A stretch of 64,000 bases of DNA from Setoptus koraiensis (Eukaryota > Animalia > Arthropoda): positions 16,616,001 through 16,680,000 of the forward strand of contig CM106586.1 of assembly GCA_048013815.1 (NCBI GenBank), given 5' to 3'. Below, piece after piece: positions 36,722 to 49,200 of this stretch. The notes beneath the pieces are model-generated. The model had not been told where the DNA came from and ran no database searches. It saw nothing but the letters and a program-made list of their open reading frames with translations. The position numbers and the translations under genes were made by a program. Every line of letters starts with the position of its first letter. Position 1 is the first letter of the stretch.

Positions 36722-37912
36722 ATGATGCCAATAATAGCGGTTTTAGTGGATAGATAGGTGAGCGTTATAAATTACGTAAGATTTGTTGTATATTTAACTA
36801 TATAATATATAAATTAATATATATATATATATATATACAAATATATATATATATATATATAACTACGAAATGTGTGTAAATATATTAGTTTTATCTGTAC
36901 GAATAATAGTAATATCTGTTATGTAATAATATCATTGGGTATAATAATTATAATAATCTCTATCAGTTTAGTCTGAACATGTCAAATGGCATAGTAGAAA
37001 AAATGATAGAATGGAGAAATAGTTGTACTACTATCGCTATCAACTATAGCTATGGATTACTTGTATGACTTAACAGACAATGTAATTGGTTGAGATGTCT
37101 GTTTCTGAAAATAGTAATTATGATGATGATTATATAGATCAAGTAGTAGCAATGGTGATAATGATGATGATTATATAGATCAAGAAATAGCAATGGTAAT
37201 AATGATGATGATAATAATAGTAATGATATTAATAATGTATATCCAAGATCCAACCTAAAGACGGCCAATCGGAATAAAATTTAGACTCTTCAGTACAGGG
37301 TGGGCCAGGCAAAGATTCTCACTTGAACTACGAAGGCCACGTAGATTCCACAATGCATTTTTAGAAAGCACTATGGATGCTGATATTCTGCGAGTTGCGC
37401 ACAGAATGTAAACATCTAACATGTGTGAGCGAAATGAGATCCGATGAGAGCGAAGTTTGAATAGTCTTAGCCAGAATCTGAATTGTAGATCAATGAATTT
37501 TAAAAGTCGGCATCAGTTTCTAGAGATGTGATTGATATCGTTCACCTATGAAAATGAACTGAACAATGTTCGGCTATAAATATTTTCTAGCCAATAGTTA
37601 TGCGACGTTTGCGAAATTGAATGAAAAAGTCGGCACATGTTTTACAGAAGAAAAGATCTTTTCAATCCAATAGTAATAAATTACAACAAACCAAATGTTG
37701 AGGGGTGAAATGTCCTCAAAACTCACGATGCCGGGACCTCCAGATCTCCTACGACTTACCTAAGTCATTAGTTCTGCCAAATTATCTGGCCAAAAACCGA
37801 GCATTGGCCTGCGTTCTTATTTTTACAGTTCACTGTGAATCTCTATTGAACTTGAATATTGTTTCAACAATCTGTGTGAATCGAGTGGCCACAGTGAAAT
37901 TAATGTTCACCT
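36722..37912. repeat. Dispersed direct duplication, copy 1 (includes an (AT)n tract at 36817-36860 and a ~300-bp extra segment)
   Basis: Aligns by eye with 39453-40273. 37366-37572 is identical to 39737-39943 (207 bp), while the flanks are clearly diverged. Confidence 0.9.
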
Positions 37913-38319
37913 CGGGTAGATTTTTTGTTGTTCGAATGGCGCGCCATTCTAGTTGGCGCATGATCATTCAATACGGCGGAAGTCTGTAGTAGGTTTGGGC
38001 GTACTGAACTGTTCATTCTGTGCGGAAAAATCTCCATAGCAATGTGGTGGCATTCCCGATAAGATCGTGCACATTGTGCACTAACAGAAATGTGCCGAAA
38101 CATGCACAGGACAAGCACGCCTTCATGGACCTCGTTGTCGCTTCTTGCAGTATCATCCTTGATTCGTTGCCGGCCAACTTCTTTAACCTTATGGATAATC
38201 ACATGCTCTTAGTCCCTTCATACTATTACTATTTATTGAGTTACCGGTCAACTATTGCCTAATTACTAATCATTAGTATAGAATCTTAAGAGATTAAACT
38301 ATTTTGTCACAATTAATAG

Positions 38320-38939
<620 letters not shown>

Positions 38940-39172
38940 TATTAATAAACAAAAAAATTAAACATAACCACAGAGTGATTTTGGCCGCAAACAGCTGTAT
39001 TATGTTGGTTATTCTGCGTTCACTAGTCAAACTCTTTAGTTTCTAAACTAGCCTGATGTGCGAAAATTCGCAGTGTCTAAGACATCGAGTCAAGATTCAA
39101 TCATTGATATAGCGCGAGATATGAAAAGTAATTAAGTTTATTTTACACAGTTTTCATCGAATTCTGTTGAGA

Positions 39173-39460
39173 TCACTCAGCCGCCTGGTTGGGGTTTTTC
39201 AGCACTAGTATAACGGAATCGCCTCTGAGAAACATTTTTGATATGAATCGGTCTCTGTTCACGGGTTTACCTCTTTTGGGGACCTCGGTCCACATTTCTT
39301 TGACCTCTTCCAATACCATGTTACAATGTCTGTCAAAAGCTCGCACACGGGCTAGTAGTTTCCTATTGTTTCTACAGTTGATCAGTATCTGAGTGTTATT
39401 GTTGACCGCCTGGCTGAGGATGGACATGGGTCCGATGTCGGCTGTTTCTTCCGATGCCAT
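39173..39460 (-). CDS. SNRPD2: Small nuclear ribonucleoprotein Sm D2 (95 aa, shortened)
   Basis: [81 protein letters not shown] at 39460. An acceptor at 39474-39475 suggests an upstream exon. Confidence 0.95.
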   Translation of the reverse strand: MASEETADIGPMSILSQAVNNNTQILINCRNNRKLLARVRAFDRHCNMVLEEVKEMWTEVPKRGKPVNRDRFISKMFLRGDSVILVLKNPNQAAE

Positions 39461-40273
39461 TGATATTACGGTTCTAGTGAACAGATGGGTAGCAATATAT
39501 TTTATGTAAATATGGCTATATAATATATAAGTTTTTATATATATATATATAAATATATATAAATACGAAATATATATAAATATATTAATGGTGATAATAA
39601 TGATATTAATACAGTGTAAAGTATATCCAAAATCCAATTTGAGGACTGACAATCAGAATAAAAGTACAGGGTGGGCCCAGCAAAGAGTCTCACTTGAACT
39701 ACGAAGGCTGCGTATATTCCGCAATGCATTTTTAGGAAGCACTATGGATGCTGATATTCTGCGAGTTGCGCACAGAATGTAAACATCTAACATGTGTGAG
39801 CGAAATGAGATCCGATGAGAGCGAAGTTTGAATAGTCTTAGCCAGAATCTGAATTGTAGATCAATGAATTTTAAAAGTCGGCATCAGTTTCTAGAGATGT
39901 GATTGATATCGTTCACCTATGAAAATGAACTGAACAATGTTCGCCCATGAATATTTTCTAGCAAATAGTCATGCGACTTTCAAAATCGAATGAACAAGTG
40001 CACACATGTTTCACAGAAGAAAAGGTCTTTTCAATCTGATAGTGATATATTACAACAAACCAAATGTTGAGGGGTGAAATGTCCTCAAAACTCACGATGC
40101 CAAGACCCCCGGATCGCTTACGACTTGCAGCCATTAGTTCTGTCAGATCACATGGAAAAACCTAGCAAAAATCTGAATATTGGTCTGCATTTCGGTGAAT
40201 AATCGTTAGACTCGAATTTCGTTCCAATGTTCTGTGTGAATCGAGTAGCCATAGTGAATCTCAGTGTTCATCT
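39453..40273. repeat. Dispersed direct duplication, copy 2 (SmD2 5' region to HSBP1 stop codon)
   Basis: Homologous to 36722-37912, with the identical core at 39737-39943. Confidence 0.9.
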
Positions 40274-40721
40274 CACTTTGGAACATCAACAGTATCTCCA
40301 TCAGAGCTGAGCTTTTGTTCTTGTTCTTCAATGTCATCTTCAATTAACTCTTTAAGATTTTGTTCCATGTCCTCGACTCTTTTTTCCAGATCGTCCATTT
40401 TGCTCATGATTGCGTCACATGTTCTAGTTAACGACCTCTCTATACCTGAAAGAAAGTTTGCCAACTAAAAATTGGAAATTCGTCATTATCATAACTGCTT
40501 AGCTAGTTGTCAGCTGTGGAATTTTCATTCTGCTGTTTGCACAATCGTAAACAAAAGTGTTGTCAACTCTACATACTACTTACGTTGAGATTAGCGGTCC
40601 CTTGGGCAGAGAAATCAAGAGGTGAGGGTTGTTGCCCGTCGACATCATTGTTGGTCTGATCGTTTAGTTGCTTATCATCAGTCGTCCTTCCATTCAGATT
40701 GTCGCCCTGCTCGCTGTCCAT
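40273..40721 (-). CDS. HSBP1: Heat shock factor-binding protein 1-like coiled-coil protein, 2 exons, 109 aa
   Basis: Exons 40721-40584 and 40464-40273 (phase 0). LANFLSGIERSLTRTCDAIMSKMDDLEKRVEDMEQNLKELI matches the HSBP1 heptad core ([37 protein letters not shown]). Confidence 0.8.
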
Positions 40722-40942
40722 CTCTGCGATTTTTTTTGTGAACTGGCAGAAAAGTGCCGGTGGTAATGGTGTGGCTGACTGCTAGAGAATCTACGGCAAA
40801 AAAAGTTGTCAGATTGAGTAGTAATTAATCTTGTGAGCTGTGGATAGTTGACTGGAGCTTTGCTCGCTTCAAAACAATGTTCAGCAAGAATCAGTCAGAC
40901 GATCCTAGTGTTATCTTTTGTCAATAGTCTTGCTTCAGAAAG

Positions 40943-41482
40943 ATGGCGCAATATTTGAACGAGTTTGACCGTCAGCTAGGCCGCCTAATGACTAACTACC
41001 AGTTAGTAACTAGTGATGAGCAGTCCCACAAACGGAGGCTTGTAGTCACCCGGTTTCGGAGCCCAGACCAGACTGTCAAAGCCAAACTTAAACTTGGTGC
41101 CCACGGCATCAATCATGAGGTTTATCGTTAGTATCACATGTAGTAGTGAGTGTTACGTAATCATGGAGGAATATCCATTTCAGGTGCTATGTTGCCGTTC
41201 ATTGTTGCTCACCGTGTTATAAATTATTGGTGCTGGGCTAGCGATAAATTGTTAACATCCAGCGGGTATCTCATGCATCAGTGTTTTTGTTTGTCTGGTA
41301 GTGAAACCGAATGCCCCAACGTCGAATTGGTGCCTGCTGATGATCGGGCGGTTGTATCAGGTTGTGTACAGCAATACATTGTATTGATAGATGCTCGGAT
41401 AAATACTGTGGCGAAGTCAACTGATGCCTCTATCAATTTGACACTGGAAGCTGCCGATTCGTTGCTAGAATGTAACAGATAG
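40943..41482 (+). CDS. Possible small orphan gene, head-to-head with HSBP1; splicing uncertain
   Basis: ATG at 40943 opens a non-repetitive 62-codon frame. Candidate donor GAG|GT at ~41120 and acceptor 'ccatttcag' at ~41184, with a second open frame to 41482. No family recognised. Confidence 0.35.
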
Positions 41483-42192
41483 TCAACTAAACACGATTGG
41501 GCTGCCATCTTCATGTCATCTTCATGTTGCCATCTTCATGCCATCATCATGTTGCCGTGGTCATCTCGATGCCAGAAGTTGAGGTAAGCCGAAGTGATAC
41601 AACAGCTCCATACTGTTGTTTGGACAGTGCAAATTGTTGGATTTATCGTCCACCCTCCCGATGGATCATAAGCAACCAAACATTTTTCGAAAGCGAACCG
41701 ATCATGAGCATCGCTAATAATCTCGGTCTGCCGTCAAGCAAGCCGTTCATTCAAGACTCTTGAATCGCAAGGACTAAATAGAGATCGAATCGGCCCATCA
41801 ATCAATGCATTGTCAGCGTATGAGCTGATGTTGTAACAATTGACAACGGCGAGCGCGCGTTACCAAGATCATATTTCACCTGTCTGTATGTTGTCATTAG
41901 CACAACGTGAGTGACAAGATTGAGTTTCAACACCGTTGACGGCGATGTAGTCCGGCGAAACAATTGTTTGCCTGAGGCGTTAAAGAGCCATTGATCATTT
42001 GATGTGACTTGACGGCGATGGGCCACTATGGCATCTACCAGCTACCAAGTCGGCCGCTAGCTGGAGCGCCTGTCTCCAGCGCGGTACGAGCCGCCATGCC
42101 ATCCGTTTCCAATAATCTCTCTCCACCTCTCTATGGCTATTGGGCCGGGCGAGCGAAGCGAGCCGGTCCTATCAAGCGAAATTTTTTTTCTC

Positions 42193-42323
42193 TCCCCCCT
42201 TTGCAGCAAAAAAGTCCATAGAGTTTTCCCCTTCTTCGTGTTGTCGTGAATCTGTGTGCTGCAGTGGAGAAACGTGTGCTTTCCCCCCTTTGCAGCAAAA
42301 AAGTCCATAGAGTTTTCCCCTTC
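42193..42323. repeat. Perfect 42-bp direct repeat, 2 copies (42193-42234 and 42282-42323)
   Basis: TCCCCCCTTTGCAGCAAAAAAGTCCATAGAGTTTTCCCCTTC read twice. Confidence 0.95.
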
Positions 42324-43555
42324 GAAAAGTCAGCTGTGGTGTTCCTGTTAGTGTTAGTGTTAGTGTTGGTGTTCCCTTCGGGACGGTTTCTATGACCGCC
42401 GCGGTGGGAGATCTTGGGAGACTTTGGGAGGTTTTGGAAGACCGTGGGAGTTTGTGATTTGCAACACAGAAGAAGAAAAATTTGAAGCGAGCTCGCCCGG
42501 CCCCCCTTCGTTAGTCAGAACGAAACGGTTATTAATCTATGGCTTTGTGTGTTTGCGCAAAAATTTTTAGAGACATGACACACAGGGAAATAAATAAACA
42601 TTTATATTTGTCTATCTGAGAAGATACTAACAAGTGGTAGTCGTCGTTTGGTTAGCCTCAATGTGTGAAATGAGAGAGCAGTGCACTCGGTGTTGCGGTT
42701 GATTACAGGCGAGTACGGCAGGCATTTGGTTAGGCCCAGGTGAAGAATTCATGTGAGCGGCGGGTATTGAGCAAACAACAGCAACAACAACAACAACATA
42801 ATAGTAATAATAATAATAATGATAATAAACAAGTATTTGAATATTCAATATGTGCTCACAATGTGTGTTTATATATGCAACATGTAGATAGAGTGAGGAA
42901 GTTTGGCAAAGCTTTGCTAAAATAAGCTAAATAATATCATTACTTATCTTTTGTTTTAAGCTATCTGGCCATGCCAGCGGCGCGGCCATGTTGCCTCGAG
43001 TCAGTCAGTTGTTGCCATTTAAAACTGGCAACTATTTGCAACAATCTCTCGCTGCAAACTGTTGTCAGTTGCAGCAGCCTGTAGCGGTGGCTAAATTGGC
43101 ATTAGTTGGCCGACAGCGAGCTGGCGGATAAAACAGATCCAGCCAGATCTGTTCATTCATTGCCATAGTCGGACTTTGCACATTATCCTGGCCGCGATGA
43201 ATCAAAAACAACGGGACGCCCGTCATGCCATTCGCCAGTTCGGCCAGCCAGCCAGCCGGCCAGCTTTTGGGCCAGCTTTTGGCAAAGTTTAAGTGCGAAA
43301 ACGAGTCAGTGAATGGGCAACATTACACACTATCGACTGGCCGGCCGGCCGGCCGGCTCACGTTGGCCGCTTGCACATTGCCAGGCTGGCCAATTTGGCC
43401 AATTTTGTAATCTACTTACGCTCGTTAGATTAAATCTCATCGCCAGTGTCATAGGCAGTGGCAGTGGATTTATTCAATCGAGCTAATCGTTTATCGCGAC
43501 CACCACTATCGCCGCCATTGCCACTGCTGGCCGCGGCTGCGGCCAGCTCCGCTCA

Positions 43556-43635
43556 GCTATGTCCGGCCCTGTTCGGCTATGTCCGGCCACATTCGGCCCT
43601 GTCCGGCTATGTCCGGCCATGTTCAGCCATGTTCG
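43556..43635. repeat. 10-bp minisatellite x8 (consensus GCYMTGTYCG)
   Basis: Eight consecutive 10-nt units read directly. Confidence 0.9.
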
Positions 43636-45940
43636 GTCAGCTACCATCGACTGTGGCCAGCCAGACAGTGGCCTGGCGCTGATTGCTGGCAACAGACAGA
43701 AGCAGCGCACACAATTATCGATACACCTGATATGATATATCAATAATACACATTATGTAATTCGTGTGTCTATCGGCCGGCGCTTCATTAGCGTTGCCAA
43801 TGAATGAGCGAGCGACGAGATCTCGTCCCGAGATCCAAATGGCAGCCGCAGAGAGCGAGCGATCGGTTGTATCGGTTGATGGTCGGCGCCTGTGGTGTGT
43901 GCCATCCATCAACAGCCCATGGCTGGTCCATCGTGGTGTGTAGCGCACCCATTTATTACATGTATTATTCATCCAGTTATCCAACAAGTTGCAAGTGAAC
44001 GAAAACACCAAAAAACGGCCAGCTCGCTGTGGCTGGTGGGCACACACACACAAATAGAGAACAAACAAACAGGAAAAACTTTCCTCGTTTACAAAATCTT
44101 GTAGCCATCTCATACTATTGAAATGTATGATTGTTGATTCAGTGACAACTGCCGAGCTCTCTGACTGTGTGTGTGTGTGTGTCTGCATTCATTACGTCAT
44201 TGGAGCTGAAATGCGTCTAAATTATAGACTCTATAATGGTTGACCCGTTCTGTACTGTATTGCATAGTGAAACGCACAAACTTTTGCCAAGCGACCAAAT
44301 AAAACGAATCGGGCCAATGATTGAATGAAGTTATCAACTGGTTGGCCTAACCACCATCACGACAACGCCAATCACAGCATACAAATACCTGTATGAGTGT
44401 GTGTGTGTGTGCAAATGTTACAGCCAACGACTGGCTCGGGTGGCTCGCCCAGCAGCGTATTGGCAAGACACACAACTATTGACATTAACACCTGATATGC
44501 GATTGTCCGTGAGACGGCCAGTTAGCAGCGTCACAATCAGGATTGCTGATATAATTTATAAAGAGACGGCAACGGCAACACGACACGGCCGAGGAAAGGT
44601 ATCAATAGTGAACGGATTGTTTGTCGGGTCTGGCTGGATGATAGCATGATAAAAACAAAATATCGGATTGGACGAGCGAAGCGCAACAGAAGCATGCCAA
44701 GACGAGTGCAGTGGGCATAAATCATGGCTTATAACAGCGCCAGTCAGTGAGTTTGTTTGTTTGGCTGGCTGGCTGTATAGTCAGCCAGACAATGATAATA
44801 AGGCATGCGGCCGACGCAAGACATAATAATGATAATAAGCGTGAGTTGTATCGAGGGCTAACCAGAGACAAATCGGCGATAGACGGCAGACGGCAGACGG
44901 GAGACGCCAGGCAACAGGTAACAGGTAATAATACACAACAAACAACAAGGACCCAAATGAGTGAGAAGAGACATAACGAGATGAAACAAATGTTGCATGT
45001 TGCCCCATTAGCCGTGTACGTCTAGTGTGGTGGCTAAATGATGTAGCCAGACCATAAATCATGTCAATCAAGTTAATACACTCATGCAACGAGCGAGCAA
45101 GTCAAATGAATCAATCATCAGTGAAGCCGCGATTTGGAGTGAAGACGAGAGGAGAGGAATTCATATTTCACCCTAGCCTCACTACTTTGTTTACCTGTTA
45201 TTTATTGTTGTTGTTGTTGTTGTTGTTTCTGCTTGAATGCTGCCCTCACCTGAGCACTGGCAGCCATGGCGCTGGCGATGTTCGGCTCGACGATGATCGT
45301 TGTCGTCATCGGTGTGTGTGTGTGTGCGCAAACATGGGACTTAAGACAGATTAGCCGAGCGACGGAGAGAGAGAGAGAGCGAGAGAGGACAAAGTAGATT
45401 TGCTGCTAGTAAATCACTCGCCCTGAGAGTGTATTAAGTTGATTGACATGATTTATGGTGCCCATGTGACTAGTTTGTTTTGGTGCGCTTGTATCAAGCC
45501 ACCGTCAGAGCCTTTCGCCACAGAGATCGCGCCAGTAACGGTGCCGGGCGACGTTTTGTCAATTTTGCTTTATTATCGGTGCCATTGCATCTTGCACACA
45601 CTGCATGATAAGGCCGCTTAGCTTGTGCAAGTGGGCAGCCGACAACCGACTTGCCGTCCAGCAGTGTGTGTCCAATGGCCCAGCACCCTGGCCGGCCTGG
45701 GCCGGGCCGGCCAGCACCCCGTAGCTGACCCTTGACCACTCACCTGTGGCTGCGCTGGCGCGGACAGATGGCGCTGTCGCTCAATGATGGCGATGGTCTG
45801 ATTTAAATGGCGCTGGCTGCGATTTGATTTGAATAAGCGCCGTTTGGCAAACAACAGCCACCAGCCAGAGGTGCACTGATCACTAAAAATCACCAACTGT
45901 CCCGATGACGGCGCCATGGGGGGGCCCGACTAATGAACCT

Positions 45941-46016
45941 TGGCCGCTCGCTCTCTCGCTCTGGCCGCTCGCTCTCTCGCTCTGGCCGCTCGCTCTCTCG
46001 CTCTGGCCACTCGCTC
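45941..46016. repeat. 21-bp tandem repeat x3.6 (TGGCCGCTCGCTCTCTCGCTC)
   Basis: Units at 45941, 45962 and 45983, with a partial unit at 46004. Confidence 0.95.
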
Positions 46017-46154
46017 ACCTTGCCCCTCAGTGGCGATCTCACTGGCACAATTGTGTGCATGTTGCCAGTGGAAACTCGAATCGTATTCACAATCGACTGG
46101 AAGCGATCCGTTTGATGCGCTGCTCGCTTCCAGTGTCACACTCTGCGTACGGCG

Positions 46155-46218
46155 TTTGCCAGTTTGCCAGTTTGCCAGTTTTTGCCAGTTTTGCCAGTTT
46201 GCCAGTTCGCCAGTTCGC
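46155..46218. repeat. 8-10 bp tandem repeat (TTTGCCAG), ~7 copies
   Basis: Read directly. Confidence 0.9.
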
Positions 46219-49200
46219 GAAAAAGCAGCCAATTTTATCAGCCAGTTTATTGAGTCGGCTGGTCGGTTTATTGGAATGGCCGCCCGGCCGATAGAAGCCA
46301 CAAGAGAAGGTGATAAAGACACACACTGCACACTGTTGGTGGTGGCAAAGTGCGAGAGCATGCAAATGACAAATAGCAGTGCCCACAAACAAGAGCAAAC
46401 GAATCACCAAAAGGGCCATTAGCATGTCTCCAGCGCTGCATTTGCCATTCGCCATTTGCTATTTGCCATTTGCAGCCAGTCAGCCAGTCGGCCAGCCAGC
46501 CAACAAAGACAAGAGCTGGCCGGCCGGCCGACTATTTATTGTGAGTATTTAGTTTGGCCAAGTCAAATGGAACTGTTGCTCGTTTACCTGTGCACCGACA
46601 CAACATCGCGAATCAACAGAATCGAAGCTGCTATATCTGCTACATCGACAACTACAAGCTCTGCTGTGTGTGTGTGTGATGGCGAGAGAATCGACCGCAA
46701 ATGATTAACTTTGCTCATCTTGATATATATATATATATATATATACATAAGATGATGATGATAATATTCTCTATTAGTGGTGGCACAACTCTCATGGCTC
46801 ACACAAACGTTGCATACAAACACCAACAAACTCATTGGCTGGTGGCGCAAAGGCAGCCAACATTCTTAATAGTTCTTTCTCTCTCCATGTCTCCTCTCTC
46901 TATTTAGATTTATATCAGTGTCTCGTCGCGATCAACAGGTTAGCCTCTGCTCATACACACACTCGTTGCAACTATCCGATTCAATGTATAAACAACTATC
47001 ATGATATATCTCATCATCATCCTCTTATGTGTTTGTGTGTGTGTGCACCACCAATACCACCGCATCATATGAATGCCCTAAATACCTTGACTCTCTTCTA
47101 TCTTTACTCTCTGCTGGCTGTTACACAATATAATTTAAATTTTTCTACATAAATACACCACTGACGCTGCTGATGCTGCCGCTGCTGATGCCCAAGAATT
47201 ACACCACAGGCGGCCAAACGACCACTGGTCATTATTTCGTTCTGTCTAGGTGTACGCTTCTCTAGTGGCTTCTCTAGTGACTTCTCCGGTGTGCATTCAA
47301 CAACATTTTACATACTGTTGCACCATCCAACAACAACAACAACAACCGCTGGACAGATAGCGTGGAGATAAGCACTTTGCTACACTACACATTATCGTTA
47401 TCTCGCTCTCGAGCGAGCCAGCGAGCCAGCCAGCACAACCGCACAAATGAACCAAACTCAACAATGAAATAAAATATAATTTACATCTCTTTGCTCTCGT
47501 TGCTCCCTCTGCCCCCTACTCCCTTCGCTCTCTTTGCTCTCGATATCGACAAACACATAAATTCATGTTGTTTTCAACAATTTTGATGCAATCTCATCAT
47601 GATTCATTCATGATGATGATGACGACCATGCTCATACGCAAACTCATAGGGCTCACCATCGTTCGCTTAATTTTGACCGACGCAAAGCCAGCAAAATCAC
47701 ACACACACTCACATCGGATCTCAGGGACAACTGCAACTGCAACAGGCAACAACGACAACAACAGGTGAACAGGTTGCTGTTGATCTCGGCCAGTTAGCAG
47801 CAGAGCGACTCTTGAACTTTGCCAGCTCTCACCAACTTTGCGCTAACTAACTTTAGGCTAACTAACTTTGGGCGCCCTCACTATAACACTCGCTCGTGTG
47901 TATGCCTTGTTGTTGGCCAAGCGCCAAGTATCATTAAGTGAAGTGGGAGTTTTCTGCTGTTAGTTGCTCTCAAATTGGGCTGCAATTGGGTGCTCGAGAA
48001 TTCCTATTTCGACACCACTACTCACTCACTCAATCACGATACAATCCAAATGTTTGTGTCCGTTTGTTGCATTCCAAACGCAACGATAGAGGGCCGCTGC
48101 ACTCTTATAAAATAGACGTGCATACGCAACTGCAGCCGTTGCAATTGTTTGATCGATCAAAAGATAATCAACTTGATTATCATCATCATTTAAATTTGAT
48201 TATACCCTTGCTCCAGCCTCCTATTTCTGCTGGCCGCTGAACTTGCGCCAATCACATATCTGGCGTCTATCAAAAATCTAAAACTAGCCAAACTAGATGA
48301 CCTAATCACAATTATAGGTCTTCGCTTTGCAGTTTTTCTCCTTCTCAACAACAAGTCTTAAGGCTAATCATGACTTGTTGTTGCTATTGCCACTATAAAC
48401 ACATATACACACATACATAGACATCTGATTGAGCCAGCTCTCGGAAACTTGATACTAGTGTGATTATAGGCATCAATCAACGACATTAACATCAACGTCA
48501 TTGATTGATGCTGTTGCCGCTGCCGCTTGAACTTTTAACTTTCATCATGATCACACAATGGATCGTTGATGATAACTCTATTAACAGCAACAACAACGAC
48601 ACGAACCAACGCCTAACTAAATAGATGCCACCAAAAGATGCGCATGGTCGTCACGACTCTGTTGTCACTTTATCTCGGCTCAATGATCTCGCCATCAATT
48701 TGTTGCACACAACTCCTATTAACTCACTGGATATTGCAAACTTATTCGAAGCAACCATTTGAAGCTTCCAACTGCAGTTATACTGAATGAGTAATCGAAG
48801 CGTCAGCAACTATGAAATCTATCTATCTATCTATCCATCCCAGAATCACACATAGTGTGGCGGCGATGATAATCTTGCTCGGCATCGCCGTATACACGGC
48901 TGTAGACAGGGCTCCTTATTTACGCCATTACATGATGACTATAACTTAGTAGTAGTGGCTATCTCTGTGATGTTGATGTTGTTGGTGATGGCGATGGCGA
49001 TGATGAGCTCCCACTAACGGTGGCGCCATATGACCATGATAAGCGCCGGTCATGTCCAAGCAAGTCATGATCATTATCTGATTATTATCTCAATGATGCG
49101 CTCACTTAAAAGCTCTTCCTTGTCAGTTTATATAAACCAAGCAAGTGTATATTAGCAACATTTCATCAGTGCATGATGGTTCACTAAATGAACGGAGGTG

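Noticed and set aside
37294-37306. TA-CAGGGTGGGCC (also at 39665) as a Tc1/mariner TIR
   Set aside because: No inverted partner or transposase was found. Both occurrences are explained by the segmental duplication.
38020-38262. PIRSCTLC..VPK resembling RPS26 (PIRCTNCARCVPKDK)
   Set aside because: Similarity is limited to a few residues, and the flanking RPS26 motifs (KKRRNNGR, KAIKKF, YCVSCAIH) are absent.
39461-39652. 64-aa N-terminal extension of SmD2 in the ORF track
   Set aside because: It starts at TTG and runs through an (AT)n tract, and a splice acceptor at 39474-39475 marks it as intronic/upstream sequence.
43556-46218. Short periodic repeats as a possible CRISPR array
   Set aside because: The units are contiguous with no unique spacers, there are no cas genes, and the context is eukaryotic.
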